A stretch of DNA of 64,000 nt from Burkholderiales bacterium (lineage in GTDB: Bacteria > Pseudomonadota > Gammaproteobacteria > Burkholderiales > SG8-41), in NCBI GenBank assembly GCA_030683105.1, contig JAUXMZ010000027.1, positions 12,316 through 76,315 on the forward strand, written 5' to 3'. Of this stretch, positions 27,599 to 37,088 are shown piece after piece. Under the pieces are notes generated by a model, which saw only the letters and a program-made list of their open reading frames with translations, was not told the DNA's origin and searched no databases. Position 1 is the first letter of the stretch, and every line of letters begins with the position of its first letter. The translations under genes were made by a program, and so were the position numbers.

Positions 27599-27704
27599 CT
27601 CTTCCCTTTCGGGGGAAAGGGTAGGGTGGGGATTCGCATCGTAACCCTTGCCGTCCTTGGCACATTTCTCACCTTCCCCTTCAAGGGGAAGGCCGGGATG
27701 GGGA
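27599..27704. repeat. Two copies of a REP-like hairpin element
   Basis: CTTCCCTTTC-GGG-GGAAAGGGTAGGGTGGGGA (27599-27632) and CCTTCCCCTT-CAA-GGGGAAGGCCGGGATGGGGA (27668-27704). Confidence 0.7.
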
Positions 27705-27720
27705 TGGGTACTCATCTAGG

Positions 27721-27752
27721 AATCACACATTACGATTCACCGTTCACTCGTT
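27721..27752. repeat. Heptamer array (minus strand GTGAACG GTGAATC GTAATGT GTGATT) overlapping the 3' end of the wbpM-like gene
   Basis: Read directly. GGTGAATCGTAA is identical to a segment of the 46767-46839 array. Confidence 0.7.
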
Positions 27753-29568
27753 TGTACTCAGGCACCCAGTGCGCGAGATCGGCTTTTACCGCCCCATCTC
27801 CGGGCAGGTCGCCGCGGTCGAGCCAGCGGTCCAGATGCGCCAGCCATTCCCCGTTTTCCTGCCGCGCCCGGGCGATGCGCAGCTTGGGGTGGGGTGTGGG
27901 CAGCGTATTTTCGTCCGCTGCGAGCAGTTCTTCGTATAGTTTCTCACCGGGACGCAAGCCGGTATAGGCTATCCTGATCTCGTTTTCGCTGAAGCCCGAC
28001 AGCCGGATCAGTTCGCGCGCGAGATCGGCGATCCTGACCGGCTCGCCCATGTCGAGCACGAATATCTCTCCGCCCCGGCCCATCAGCCCCGCCTGCAGCA
28101 CCAGTTGGACTGCCTCCGGGATCGACATGAAATAGCGCGTGATCTCGGGATGGGTGACCGTGACCGGGCCGCCGCGGGCGATCTGCTCGCGAAACTTCGG
28201 GATAACGCTGCCAGTCGAGCCCAGTACATTGCCAAAGCGCACCATGAGAAAGCGCGTGCCTTCAGGACGCTGCAGCGCCTGACACACCATCTCGGCCAGC
28301 CGTTTGCTTGCGCCCATGACGTTGGCCGGATTGACCGCCTTGTCGGTCGAGACGAACACGAATTTTTCCACGCCATGGGTAATCGCGGCCTGAGCCATGA
28401 CCCGGGTGCCAACGACGTTGTTGAGAACGGCCTGCCACACGTTCTCGTTTTCCATCAGCGGCACGTGCTTGTAGGCCGCGGCATGAAAAACAATCGAGGG
28501 ACGGTAGCTTGCCAAGAGTTGATTAACGCGCGCCGCGTCCTTGACGTCACCGATGGCGCACACCACTTTCAGCCCGGGAAAGCGCTCGGCGAACTCCTGC
28601 TCTATGGCATAGAGCGCGAATTCGTTCAATTCGAAGAGGACAAGCTGCCGCGGCGCAAAGCGCGCGAGCTGCCGGCACAACTCTGAGCCGATCGAGCCGC
28701 CGGCGCCGCTGACCAGCACGACCCGGCCGCTGATCCAGCTGTTGAGCCCCGCCGTATCGAGGACCACCGGATCGCGCCCGAGCAGATCGTCGAGTTCGAC
28801 ATGCCGGATCTGCGAGACGGTGACGCGCCCGCTCATCAGATCGTCGAAAGAAGGCACGGTCAGCACGTCGAGACCGGCATTGCGGCACAACTCGACAGCG
28901 TGTCGTCTTGTGCTATGCGTGGCCTCGGGCATGGCAATAATGGCGTGCTGGATGCCCAGCTTTTGTTTCCATTGCGAAAGCTTGTCGAGACCACCGAGCA
29001 CGTTCGCGCCATGCAGTTGACGGCCATGCTTGGTGCTGTCGTTGTCGAATACCCCGACCACTTTCCACTGCGGGCTGCGCACGAGTTCACGAATGAGATT
29101 GACCGCGGATTCCTCGGCGCCGAGCACGAACACCGGTTCACGCTTTTCCGGGATCAGGCTGTTCAGGCTGTGCTCTTTCCAGGCGCGATAAGCGAGACGG
29201 CTGCCGCCCATGACCATGATCAGCAATACCGGATTCATGATCAGCACCGAGCGCGGCACCGAGGGCACCGTGATCTGGAGCATGAGCAGGGCCGTTGGAA
29301 TGACGATGGCGGCGATTGCCACCGCGGCAACGATCCGTTTGATGTCAGGAAGGCTGGCAAAGCGCCAGATGCTGCGGTATAGACCGAAGCTGATGAACAG
29401 CGCGGCGTGCACCGGCACGACCAAAAGCAACGACTTGAGCGCAATCTCGTCAAAAGGCGGTTCCGGCAATTCGAGATTGAAGCGCAGGCCGAATGAAAGC
29501 AGCCAGACCAGGGCGCAGGCGACGAGATCGTGAGCAAAGGCCAGGAAAACGCGCCAGTTAAAGTTCAT
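27730..29568 (-). CDS. Membrane-anchored nucleotide-sugar 4,6-dehydratase/epimerase (WbpM/PglF/CapD family)
   Basis: Start taken at MNFNWRVFLAF. Four N-terminal TM segments, then SDR domains (VLVSGAGGSIGSEL, YKHV). Confidence 0.85.
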   Translation of the reverse strand: MNFNWRVFLAFAHDLVACALVWLLSFGLRFNLELPEPPFDEIALKSLLLVVPVHAALFISFGLYRSIWRFASLPDIKRIVAAVAIAAIVIPTALLMLQITVPSVPRSVLIMNPVLLIMVMGGSRLAYRAWKEHSLNSLIPEKREPVFVLGAEESAVNLIRELVRSPQWKVVGVFDNDSTKHGRQLHGANVLGGLDKLSQWKQKLGIQHAIIAMPEATHSTRRHAVELCRNAGLDVLTVPSFDDLMSGRVTVSQIRHVELDDLLGRDPVVLDTAGLNSWISGRVVLVSGAGGSIGSELCRQLARFAPRQLVLFELNEFALYAIEQEFAERFPGLKVVCAIGDVKDAARVNQLLASYRPSIVFHAAAYKHVPLMENENVWQAVLNNVVGTRVMAQAAITHGVEKFVFVSTDKAVNPANVMGASKRLAEMVCQALQRPEGTRFLMVRFGNVLGSTGSVIPKFREQIARGGPVTVTHPEITRYFMSIPEAVQLVLQAGLMGRGGEIFVLDMGEPVRIADLARELIRLSGFSENEIRIAYTGLRPGEKLYEELLAADENTLPTPHPKLRIARARQENGEWLAHLDRWLDRGDLPGDGAVKADLAHWVPEYKRVNGES

Positions 29569-30550
29569 TGACCAGTCCTGTTTTCCAGGTCCGCCAGGCG
29601 CGCTCGATGGCGGTGGCCAGCACGATATAGGCGACGGCAAAAGCCAGCAGCACGGTAATCTGCCCGGCAAGCGGCAGGCTGAGCGCGGCAAGCGCTGCGA
29701 TGCCGCAGAGGAACATCAGCAGGTACTCAGCCAGCGCGGTGCGGCGGTGCCCCCAGCCCAGTTGAACCAGGCGCTGATAATAATGGTCGCGGTGCGCTTC
29801 CCACACCCGTTCGCGCCGGAGCAGGCGGCGTGCGAGCGTCACGCTGGCATCGATGATAAACGGCGAGAACACAAGTAGCGGGAACCACCAGGTCCAGTCA
29901 TGCTGTTGCCAGCCGATAATTCCGAATGCCGCAGCCAGGAACCCAAGCGGAACGGAGCCGACGTCGCCCATGAAGATGCGGGCAGGGTGGAAATTAAATA
30001 CCAGAAAAGCCGCCGCGGCTGCGGCCACGCTGAAGTTGAGCAGGGCGAATGCGGAACTGCCGGAGAGCCAGGCAGCAATGCCATAGAAAGCGAAGCCGAA
30101 CGCGGCCATGCCGCCCGCCAGTCCATCTGATCCGTCCATGAAATTATAGAGATTGGCCATCCACGCCATGGCGAATGCGGCGAGGATCACACCGATGATC
30201 CCATAATCCGTGAGCATGAGGCTTGTGGCAAAAGCACCGGCAACCAGCAAGTGTGCAGCGAGGCGGCCTAACGCGGGCACGCCGCGCAAGTCATCCAGAA
30301 AAGAGACCGCAAGCAGCACCGCCAGCGCAAGCCACAGCGAAAGCGGCAGATTGGGCTTTGCCACGGCCCATGCGAACAGAATCCCCGCATGTATCCCGAT
30401 GCCGCCGGCGCGCGGCACCGCTGTTTGATGCAAAGAGCGCTGATTGGGGTGATCGAGCGCGAGCGTCGAAAACCGACTGCGCACGAGCCACCACACGGTG
30501 ACTAGCGTGGCGGCGAAAGCCGTCAGCGGAACCCAGGCAGCCTGTGGCAC
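29558..30550 (-). CDS. Undecaprenyl-phosphate HexNAc-1-phosphate transferase (WecA/WbpL, MraY superfamily)
   Basis: 330 aa, ~10 TM segments, with FLDDLRG, NFMDGSDGLAGG and VFNFHPARIFMGDVGS motifs. Confidence 0.85.
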   Translation of the reverse strand: MPQAAWVPLTAFAATLVTVWWLVRSRFSTLALDHPNQRSLHQTAVPRAGGIGIHAGILFAWAVAKPNLPLSLWLALAVLLAVSFLDDLRGVPALGRLAAHLLVAGAFATSLMLTDYGIIGVILAAFAMAWMANLYNFMDGSDGLAGGMAAFGFAFYGIAAWLSGSSAFALLNFSVAAAAAAFLVFNFHPARIFMGDVGSVPLGFLAAAFGIIGWQQHDWTWWFPLLVFSPFIIDASVTLARRLLRRERVWEAHRDHYYQRLVQLGWGHRRTALAEYLLMFLCGIAALAALSLPLAGQITVLLAFAVAYIVLATAIERAWRTWKTGLVNEL

Positions 30551-30643
30551 GATGGAGTTATGTGTTTGACTTTTCAGAGAATTGTGAATAATACCATCAA
30601 GCGCCGGCTTTCACCGCGTTCGTTCAGACTCCCATGCATCGTT

Positions 30644-31600
30644 TTATTGTTTTCCCTGCAAGGTATTCAGGTACCAACGCGCCGTCTGTTCAAGCCCGCT
30701 GGCCAGTGACAAACGGGGCCGCCAACCCAGTTCGCGCCTGATTTTGGAACTGTCGATTTGCAGCGAACCGGTAAGGCGCGCGATTTCGCCACTTTTGCCG
30801 AACAGCGCGCCGCCGAACCTGAGTAATCCCGTGGGGCAGGGCAGCAGCCGGGCGGGCACGTCGAGCGCCGCTGCGAGCAAGCGCAGCAACTCTGGCGTGG
30901 ACACATCATCACCATCGCTGACGAGGTAGGTATTTCCCGGTGCCGCCGGCGACTCGATGCAGGTGAGGATGGCATCGGCCAGGTTGCCGACGTAGATCAG
31001 GCTGCGGCGGTTGCGAACAGATGCCAGCGGCAGCGGCAGGCCGCGGCGGATTGCTTTCATCAAGGCCAGAAAATTTCCCTTCACGCCGGGGCCATAGACG
31101 AGGGGCGGGCGCAGTACGACCACTTCCATGCCGGTATCCGCTGCAATTTGCCACAGGGCCTGCTCGGCTTCCCATTTGGTCAACCCATAGGCATCCTCGG
31201 GGTGTGGGGTGTCTGTTTCAGCGAATGGGCGATCAACTGTGTGCTCGCCGTTGACCTTGATCGAACTCAGGTACATGAAGCGACGGATGCCAAATCTTGA
31301 GGCTTGTTCCGCCAGTTGGCGCGTTCCTTCAACATTGGTTTTGCGGTAGGCCTCGTGCGCGTCTTTACCCTTTTCGAGAATGAAATGAGTCCGCGCAGCG
31401 AGGTGCATGACAGTATCGACCCCTCGCAACGCGGCGTCCCAGGTTGTGGTTGCGTCGATATCGCAGACTATCACATTGTCTGCGGCACCATCAGGCGGTC
31501 GCACTCCGCGCAGCACGCGCCGAACATGTTGGCCACGTTGCGCCAGCAAGGCGCACAGCGCCTGTCCGACAAAACCGCTTGCTCCAGTGATCAGTATCAA
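30644..31600 (-). CDS. NAD-dependent nucleotide-sugar epimerase/dehydratase (SDR)
   Basis: MILITGASGFVGQAL Rossmann motif and YGLTK catalytic YxxxK. Confidence 0.8.
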   Translation of the reverse strand: MILITGASGFVGQALCALLAQRGQHVRRVLRGVRPPDGAADNVIVCDIDATTTWDAALRGVDTVMHLAARTHFILEKGKDAHEAYRKTNVEGTRQLAEQASRFGIRRFMYLSSIKVNGEHTVDRPFAETDTPHPEDAYGLTKWEAEQALWQIAADTGMEVVVLRPPLVYGPGVKGNFLALMKAIRRGLPLPLASVRNRRSLIYVGNLADAILTCIESPAAPGNTYLVSDGDDVSTPELLRLLAAALDVPARLLPCPTGLLRFGGALFGKSGEIARLTGSLQIDSSKIRRELGWRPRLSLASGLEQTARWYLNTLQGKQ

Positions 31601-31753
31601 GCTCGGATACTCCTAAACATATCAGTATGGGTATGACGGACTCTTTTCCAGAGTGTAATGCTGACACGCCACGCCGCGCCGGTAAACAAGCAAGTGAGGT
31701 CGTGCGCAAACGGAACATGATAATTGTTGCGCCTAGCGTTACACTGTCATGCC

Positions 31754-32518
31754 ATGCACCGTAAAATCCGAGTTAGCATTTCCATAGTCAGCCATGGTCA
31801 AGGCGAGTTGGTAGGGCATCTGCTTAGAGACTTGCAGCGGCATTGCACCATACCCTTGGAGGTGATCCTTACCCTAAACATCCCGGAAGACCTGCCGTTT
31901 CGCCCCGAGGATATTCGTATACCGATGCGTATGATCAGGAATGCTGGGGTTCGGGGTTTTGGTGCCAACCACAACGCGGCATTCAGGCATGCCCACGGTG
32001 ATTATTTCTGCGTACTCAACCCGGATATCCGGCTGGGGCAGGATCCCTTTCCCGTGCTTTTCGAACAACTGACTGATCCAAAAGTCGGCGTGGCTGGCCC
32101 ACTCATCCTCAATCCAGCCGGGAGCATCGAGGACAGCGCACGCTACTTTCCCACGCTTTTCACCTTATTTAAGAAGGCACTCCTGCGTCGTAACAAGCAG
32201 GAACTCGAGATAACGGGTGCGCCGCTTTTCCCGGACTGGATTGCCGGCATGTTCATGATCTTCCGGGTCGGGGTATTCAGGGCATTGGGCGGTTTTGACG
32301 AGCGTTATTTTCTTTACTACGAGGACGTCGATCTGTGCATGCGTCTGCGGCATGCCGGTTATGAGGTGGTATTGCTGCCGCAGGTTTCGGCGATCCACGA
32401 CGCCCGCAGGCGTAGTCACCGCAATTTGCGGTATCTCCGCATACACGCCACCAGCCTGTTGCGCTACCTGTATAGGCGACAATTTTACAAGTATGTCCGT
32501 GACGTGACCCCCAGGTAA
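31754..32518 (+). CDS. Glycosyltransferase family 2 (rhamnosyltransferase-like)
   Basis: Start taken at MHRKIRVSISIVSHGQ, with NPDIRL and YYEDVDLCMRLRHAGY motifs. Confidence 0.75.
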   Translation: MHRKIRVSISIVSHGQGELVGHLLRDLQRHCTIPLEVILTLNIPEDLPFRPEDIRIPMRMIRNAGVRGFGANHNAAFRHAHGDYFCVLNPDIRLGQDPFPVLFEQLTDPKVGVAGPLILNPAGSIEDSARYFPTLFTLFKKALLRRNKQELEITGAPLFPDWIAGMFMIFRVGVFRALGGFDERYFLYYEDVDLCMRLRHAGYEVVLLPQVSAIHDARRRSHRNLRYLRIHATSLLRYLYRRQFYKYVRDVTPR

Positions 32519-32876
32519 ACAATTTGCTCTGTGTTATTGGAGAAAATTGCGATCGGTCGCAATTACCCCAAGAAAACTATCGGACTGGGGCATTACGAAG
32601 AGGTTCGGTGCGAAATTGATGCGCCCCCTTGGAGGGCGCATCAATTATAGTCTGACTGGAGTTGGCGCAGTCTTAAACAACGTTCAATTACATAGTCAAC
32701 TACCAGGGAAAGGTTTGGACAGGTGAATGGTGAGCGTTTGTATAACTGATCTGGATGTCGGATGACATGCAAGATCGTCTCTACGAGTTGTCCCAACAGT
32801 TGGGATAGTAGAGTTTGCAAAAAAATTCAATTGCCGAGAAACTGAGTAAGCAATATGGACGCAAGGGGAGCAAGCG

Positions 32877-34916
32877 GTGAAACGGAAAGCTGAAATAATG
32901 ACAAACGTTTCGGAAAGAAGCCTGCGCACCGTGACAGCGATTTTTTCCATCACCTTTGCGATAGGATTATTCCTTTTGCGTTTTTTTAAGTTTCCGTTGG
33001 ACCCGTCATTACTCGACACGCAAGTACGCTTGCTTAATTTGGAGTCGACCCGGGCACAGTCTATTTATTATGTGACACTGCTTGGGCTATTTGCCGCAAT
33101 CTGTGCGGCTATACTCCTGCGGCCCAACGCAAAAATCATTCCCAGTATGGATCGGGCAGAGCAAGTGCTTGTGGTTGCAGTTGTTATCGCCGCAATTTTT
33201 CTTGGGTCCTGGTCGTGGCAATTCTTTTTCGGGTTCTTTTTTGTCGCAGCGCTTATAATCTTTTCGCGTACACGCGGGTCCGCTCCAATTTCGATTATTT
33301 GGACGCGATCGAGTTTTGTACAGAAGCTGCCATGGGCTGGTATTTTATTTTGGTTGCTGATTGGCCTCGTGTTTATTTACATCGCTGTTTTTCTGATAGC
33401 GCCAATGACAACTCCGTTATTGGTCCAGAGGGCAGTTGAGTTGCCAAGAATAGAGGGGCATTACGCAGTTTCTGTGCTTCCGGGCTTCGATTTTATCTGT
33501 TGCTCCGAGGTTGGGAAGATAGAACGCGCAAATTATGGGCTGGGGATTCCCCTTTTTACTGCGTGGGCTCTTGGTGTATTTTCATTTCTTGGGTTGCCCG
33601 ATACGGCTCTGGTGCAAAGTGTTAAGTTGAATCAACTAATTGCCGTATTGTTGATTTGCATCCTGAGCTTTCTCGCGAATAGAAAATACTTTCCTTACGT
33701 CATGGCGTTAGCGCTTGGTATGACGGCGTTCACATTAAGTAATGTCGGTATTGCGGTAAGTTACCCGAACCAGTCTGGAATCCGATATATCCCTATTCTT
33801 GTTTCTTTGGTGGTGTTGGTGCTGGAATTGCGCAGGACACAGTTGCGCATATGGCTACTTGCACCCGCTTCAGCGATTTTCGTCATCATGAATCCAGAGA
33901 CGGGCTTGGCTACGACAGCGGGATATATGGTTGCCGCAGTGCTTAAAAAGTATAACCCTAAGAGCCCCATCACCAGTGTCGCCGAAACCGTTGTGCAGTA
34001 CGGGGCTTTTTTTGCCGTCACAATGCTTGTCGGATCAGCGCTTATCGTCGAGTCGATCTTAAAAAATTCATCAGATGGGCTGTTCCAGTTTATGGTTTTA
34101 TTTACCACATCCAGCTACGGCGGCTTGGTTGACAAGCCAAGCTTGATGGCGACCCTTCTATTTTTAATAGCCACTACTTCGGTTCTGCGCGCGGTCTGTC
34201 GTGCGCGTTGCGGCGTTTTATTATCGGTTGATGCTTACGAAGCAGCAGTCGGAACTATCATGCTGGTTTGGCTAATGTACTACGTGAACCGGATGGCCGA
34301 ATGGAACTTGTGGTTCCAGCCGGTGTTACTTATGGCAATGATTGCGCCGCGCATTGCTCTAAACCGTTGGCAACAGCTGTTCAGGAAGCCTTTAAGGCTC
34401 GGGGTAACGTTCTCGATGATTGTCGCTTGCTTGATTGGTGGCCAGGTAACGTCCTCTTCGTCCCAGTTTGCATACCAAGCGGCCGAGTGGCTTAGATGGC
34501 AGCATCTGGGTTGTGGCGAGGGTGTTGTTCTTGACGGGAAGTGCCTGCCGTGGTTTCGCGGCTCCAAATTCGAGTTGCAAATGAATGCCTTGACTGAGGG
34601 GAACTATCCTGCTGAAACCATAGTTTTGTCCGGCATGTCGACCTATGCTCGTTTGCGCGGTTTCAATGACGGGTTTCCTTGGTACGACCCGATGGAGGTT
34701 GTTCGCCAGCAGGAAGTCGAGGGAATTGTTAATTGGATCGAAACGCGAGGCCCAAAATACATCCTTGCAGACGATCCAAGCTATGACATAGCGCGGGCTG
34801 TGCCTGAACACAGCCGGCAAATCCAATATTATCTTTCACTCTTGGTCTCATACCGCGAAGTGCGTAGGTCCGCTGGATGGGTAATTATGGAGCGTATCGC
34901 GAACTCACGGTTTTGA
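32877..34916 (+). CDS. Large polytopic membrane protein of unknown family (~15 TM segments plus ~150-aa C-terminal soluble domain)
   Basis: The only long ORF in the AT-richer 32.5-35.2 kb segment. GTG 32877 has GGGGAG upstream; ATG 32898 is an alternative start. No recognisable motif. Confidence 0.6.
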   Translation: MKRKAEIMTNVSERSLRTVTAIFSITFAIGLFLLRFFKFPLDPSLLDTQVRLLNLESTRAQSIYYVTLLGLFAAICAAILLRPNAKIIPSMDRAEQVLVVAVVIAAIFLGSWSWQFFFGFFFVAALIIFSRTRGSAPISIIWTRSSFVQKLPWAGILFWLLIGLVFIYIAVFLIAPMTTPLLVQRAVELPRIEGHYAVSVLPGFDFICCSEVGKIERANYGLGIPLFTAWALGVFSFLGLPDTALVQSVKLNQLIAVLLICILSFLANRKYFPYVMALALGMTAFTLSNVGIAVSYPNQSGIRYIPILVSLVVLVLELRRTQLRIWLLAPASAIFVIMNPETGLATTAGYMVAAVLKKYNPKSPITSVAETVVQYGAFFAVTMLVGSALIVESILKNSSDGLFQFMVLFTTSSYGGLVDKPSLMATLLFLIATTSVLRAVCRARCGVLLSVDAYEAAVGTIMLVWLMYYVNRMAEWNLWFQPVLLMAMIAPRIALNRWQQLFRKPLRLGVTFSMIVACLIGGQVTSSSSQFAYQAAEWLRWQHLGCGEGVVLDGKCLPWFRGSKFELQMNALTEGNYPAETIVLSGMSTYARLRGFNDGFPWYDPMEVVRQQEVEGIVNWIETRGPKYILADDPSYDIARAVPEHSRQIQYYLSLLVSYREVRRSAGWVIMERIANSRF

Positions 34917-35253
34917 GTATCGTGAACAGGGTTGGTGGCTTCAAGGGGGAGCGCAACCATTGAAAATTCTGTGGGGTAAACGCTTGGCTGGTAGTCTATG
35001 CGCCCGAAGGCGCGCAAAACACGGTGAGAGACCGCGTAAGATTAGTAACTGAAGGTAATCGTGCTTCTGCGAAGCGGAGTTGAGAACTACCAGAAGTAAA
35101 CTGGCAGTCCGGCAGGACAAGGAACCCGAGTTAACGGGTAGTCTCAGCGAGCTAGCGGCTTCATTGCCAAGCCTGTCAGGCTGCGATAATTGTCGGGAAT
35201 GAGCGATTTCTGCGAGAATATACGTAATTATTTATCGAGAATCGGACTGCTGC

Positions 35254-36021
35254 ATGAAATGCGTGATATTAGCAGGAGGGTTGGGTACCCGCATTAGCGA
35301 GGAGTCGTATCTAAAGCCCAAGCCCATGATCGAGATTGGCGGCAAGCCGATCATCTGGCACATTATGAAAATCTATTCGGCGCACGGTATTAACGATTTC
35401 GTCGTATGCCTCGGCTACAAAGGCTACGTGGTCAAGGAGTATTTCGCCAATTACTTCCTGCATATGTCTGACGTGACGATAGACATGTCCGATAACAGCA
35501 TGCAGGTACACCAAAAAAGCGCCGAGCCGTGGCGGGTAACTCTCGTCGAGACCGGCGAGGCAACCCAGACTGGCGGGCGCCTCAAGCGGGTGGCACATTA
35601 CCTAGGCGAGGAAGATTTTTGCTTTACCTATGGCGATGGTGTGGCGGATGTTAATGTCCGCGAATTGGTTGCGTTTCACAAGTCAAAAAAAGCCAAGGCC
35701 ACCCTTACCGCTGTGCAGCCGCCGGGACGTTTCGGTGCCTTGGTTTTGGAGGACGCATACATCACCAGCTTTCAGGAAAAACCCAAGGGAGACGGCGGTT
35801 GGATTAATGGCGGATTCTTCGTGCTTTCCCCTGACGTGATTGAATATATCGGCGGTGACGACACTGTCTGGGAGCGCGAACCGCTGGAGCACCTTGCGCG
35901 TGACCGCCAGCTTGCCGCTTATTTTCACAGCGGTTTTTGGCAGCCCATGGATACGCTGCGCGACAAAAATCATCTTGAGGATCTCTGGGCCCGTGGTAAT
36001 GCGCCTTGGAAAATATGGTGA
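35254..36021 (+). CDS. rfbF: Glucose-1-phosphate cytidylyltransferase
   Basis: [41 protein letters not shown] is near-canonical RfbF. Confidence 0.9.
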   Translation: MKCVILAGGLGTRISEESYLKPKPMIEIGGKPIIWHIMKIYSAHGINDFVVCLGYKGYVVKEYFANYFLHMSDVTIDMSDNSMQVHQKSAEPWRVTLVETGEATQTGGRLKRVAHYLGEEDFCFTYGDGVADVNVRELVAFHKSKKAKATLTAVQPPGRFGALVLEDAYITSFQEKPKGDGGWINGGFFVLSPDVIEYIGGDDTVWEREPLEHLARDRQLAAYFHSGFWQPMDTLRDKNHLEDLWARGNAPWKIW

Positions 36022-37088
36022 TCAGGCGTGACTTCTGGGCCGGCAAGCGGGTTCTTGTCACGGGCCATACCGGATTCAAAGGCAGCTGGCTTACCCTCTG
36101 GCTGAGGGCGCTGGGGGCTAAGGTGTCCGGCTACGCCCTTGAGCCGCCGACCGATCCCTCGTTGTGGCGGCAGCTCGGCCTGGAGGGCGAGATTGGCAGT
36201 CACGTTGCCGATATCCGGGATTTTCCCGCGCTGGCGCAGGTGTTTGCGCAGATACGGCCTGATGTCGTGTTTCACCTCGCCGCACAGTCTTTAGTTCGCC
36301 CCTCTTACCAGGATCCGGTGGCCACTTACGCAACCAATGTCATGGGCACCGTCCATTTACTGGAGGCTGTACGCAAAACACCGGGCGTGCGCGTGGCGTT
36401 GAACGTCACCAGCGACAAGTGCTACGAGAACCATGAGTGGACCCGCGGCTACCGGGAAGACGACCCGATGGGCGGCCGGGACCCGTATAGCAGCAGCAAG
36501 GGCTGTGCAGAACTGGTTACGGCAGCTTATCGCAGTTCATTTTTTTCCAAGGATGCAGACAGCACCGCGCTGGCCTCGGTGCGCGCTGGCAACGTCATTG
36601 GGGGCGGCGACTGGGCCGCGGACCGGTTGGTGCCGGATTTTGTGCGCGCAACGCGGCGTGGCCTGCAGGTCCGGATTCGCAACCCCAAGGCTACCCGCCC
36701 ATGGCAGCATGTGCTGGAACCGCTGTATGGCTACCTGTCGCTCGCGGAAATGCTGTGGGACGAGGGGCCCGCGCATGCGGGCGGCTGGAATTTCGGCCCC
36801 GCGGATGAGGACGCTGTGCCTGTCGAGAAAGTGGTATCGACGCTGGTATCGCTGTGGGGCGCGCCGGCGGGCTGGGCTGCAGATCCTGGCCCGCACCCGC
36901 ATGAAGCCCATTATCTCAAGCTGGACAGTTCCAAATCGCGGAGCCAGTTGCGCTGGCAGCCGCGCCTTGATCTGCAGACCGCGCTGGCCTGGACTGTAGA
37001 GTGGTACAAGGGCGTGACGGATGATGCGGACGCGCGGACTTTGTGTCTGAAACAGATTGAGTCCTACGAGGAGCTTGCCCGCCAATGA
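36015..37088 (+). CDS. rfbG: CDP-glucose 4,6-dehydratase
   Basis: ATGGTGA overlap with the rfbF stop. [14 protein letters not shown] and YSSSKGCAE motifs. Confidence 0.9.
   Translation: MVIRRDFWAGKRVLVTGHTGFKGSWLTLWLRALGAKVSGYALEPPTDPSLWRQLGLEGEIGSHVADIRDFPALAQVFAQIRPDVVFHLAAQSLVRPSYQDPVATYATNVMGTVHLLEAVRKTPGVRVALNVTSDKCYENHEWTRGYREDDPMGGRDPYSSSKGCAELVTAAYRSSFFSKDADSTALASVRAGNVIGGGDWAADRLVPDFVRATRRGLQVRIRNPKATRPWQHVLEPLYGYLSLAEMLWDEGPAHAGGWNFGPADEDAVPVEKVVSTLVSLWGAPAGWAADPGPHPHEAHYLKLDSSKSRSQLRWQPRLDLQTALAWTVEWYKGVTDDADARTLCLKQIESYEELARQ

Noticed and set aside
27593-27715. ATG 27715 as the O-antigen ligase start
   Set aside because: The first 41 codons translate two REP-like hairpins and there is no Shine-Dalgarno. 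GTG 27592 has GGAAGAGG at good spacing and gives a typical ligase length. This is not certain.
34985-35145. JUMPStart/ops (GGCGGTAG) antitermination element upstream of the rfbF operon
   Set aside because: Only GGTAG cores are present (GGCTGGTAGTC, ACGGGTAGTC). Neither matches the 8-nt ops consensus.
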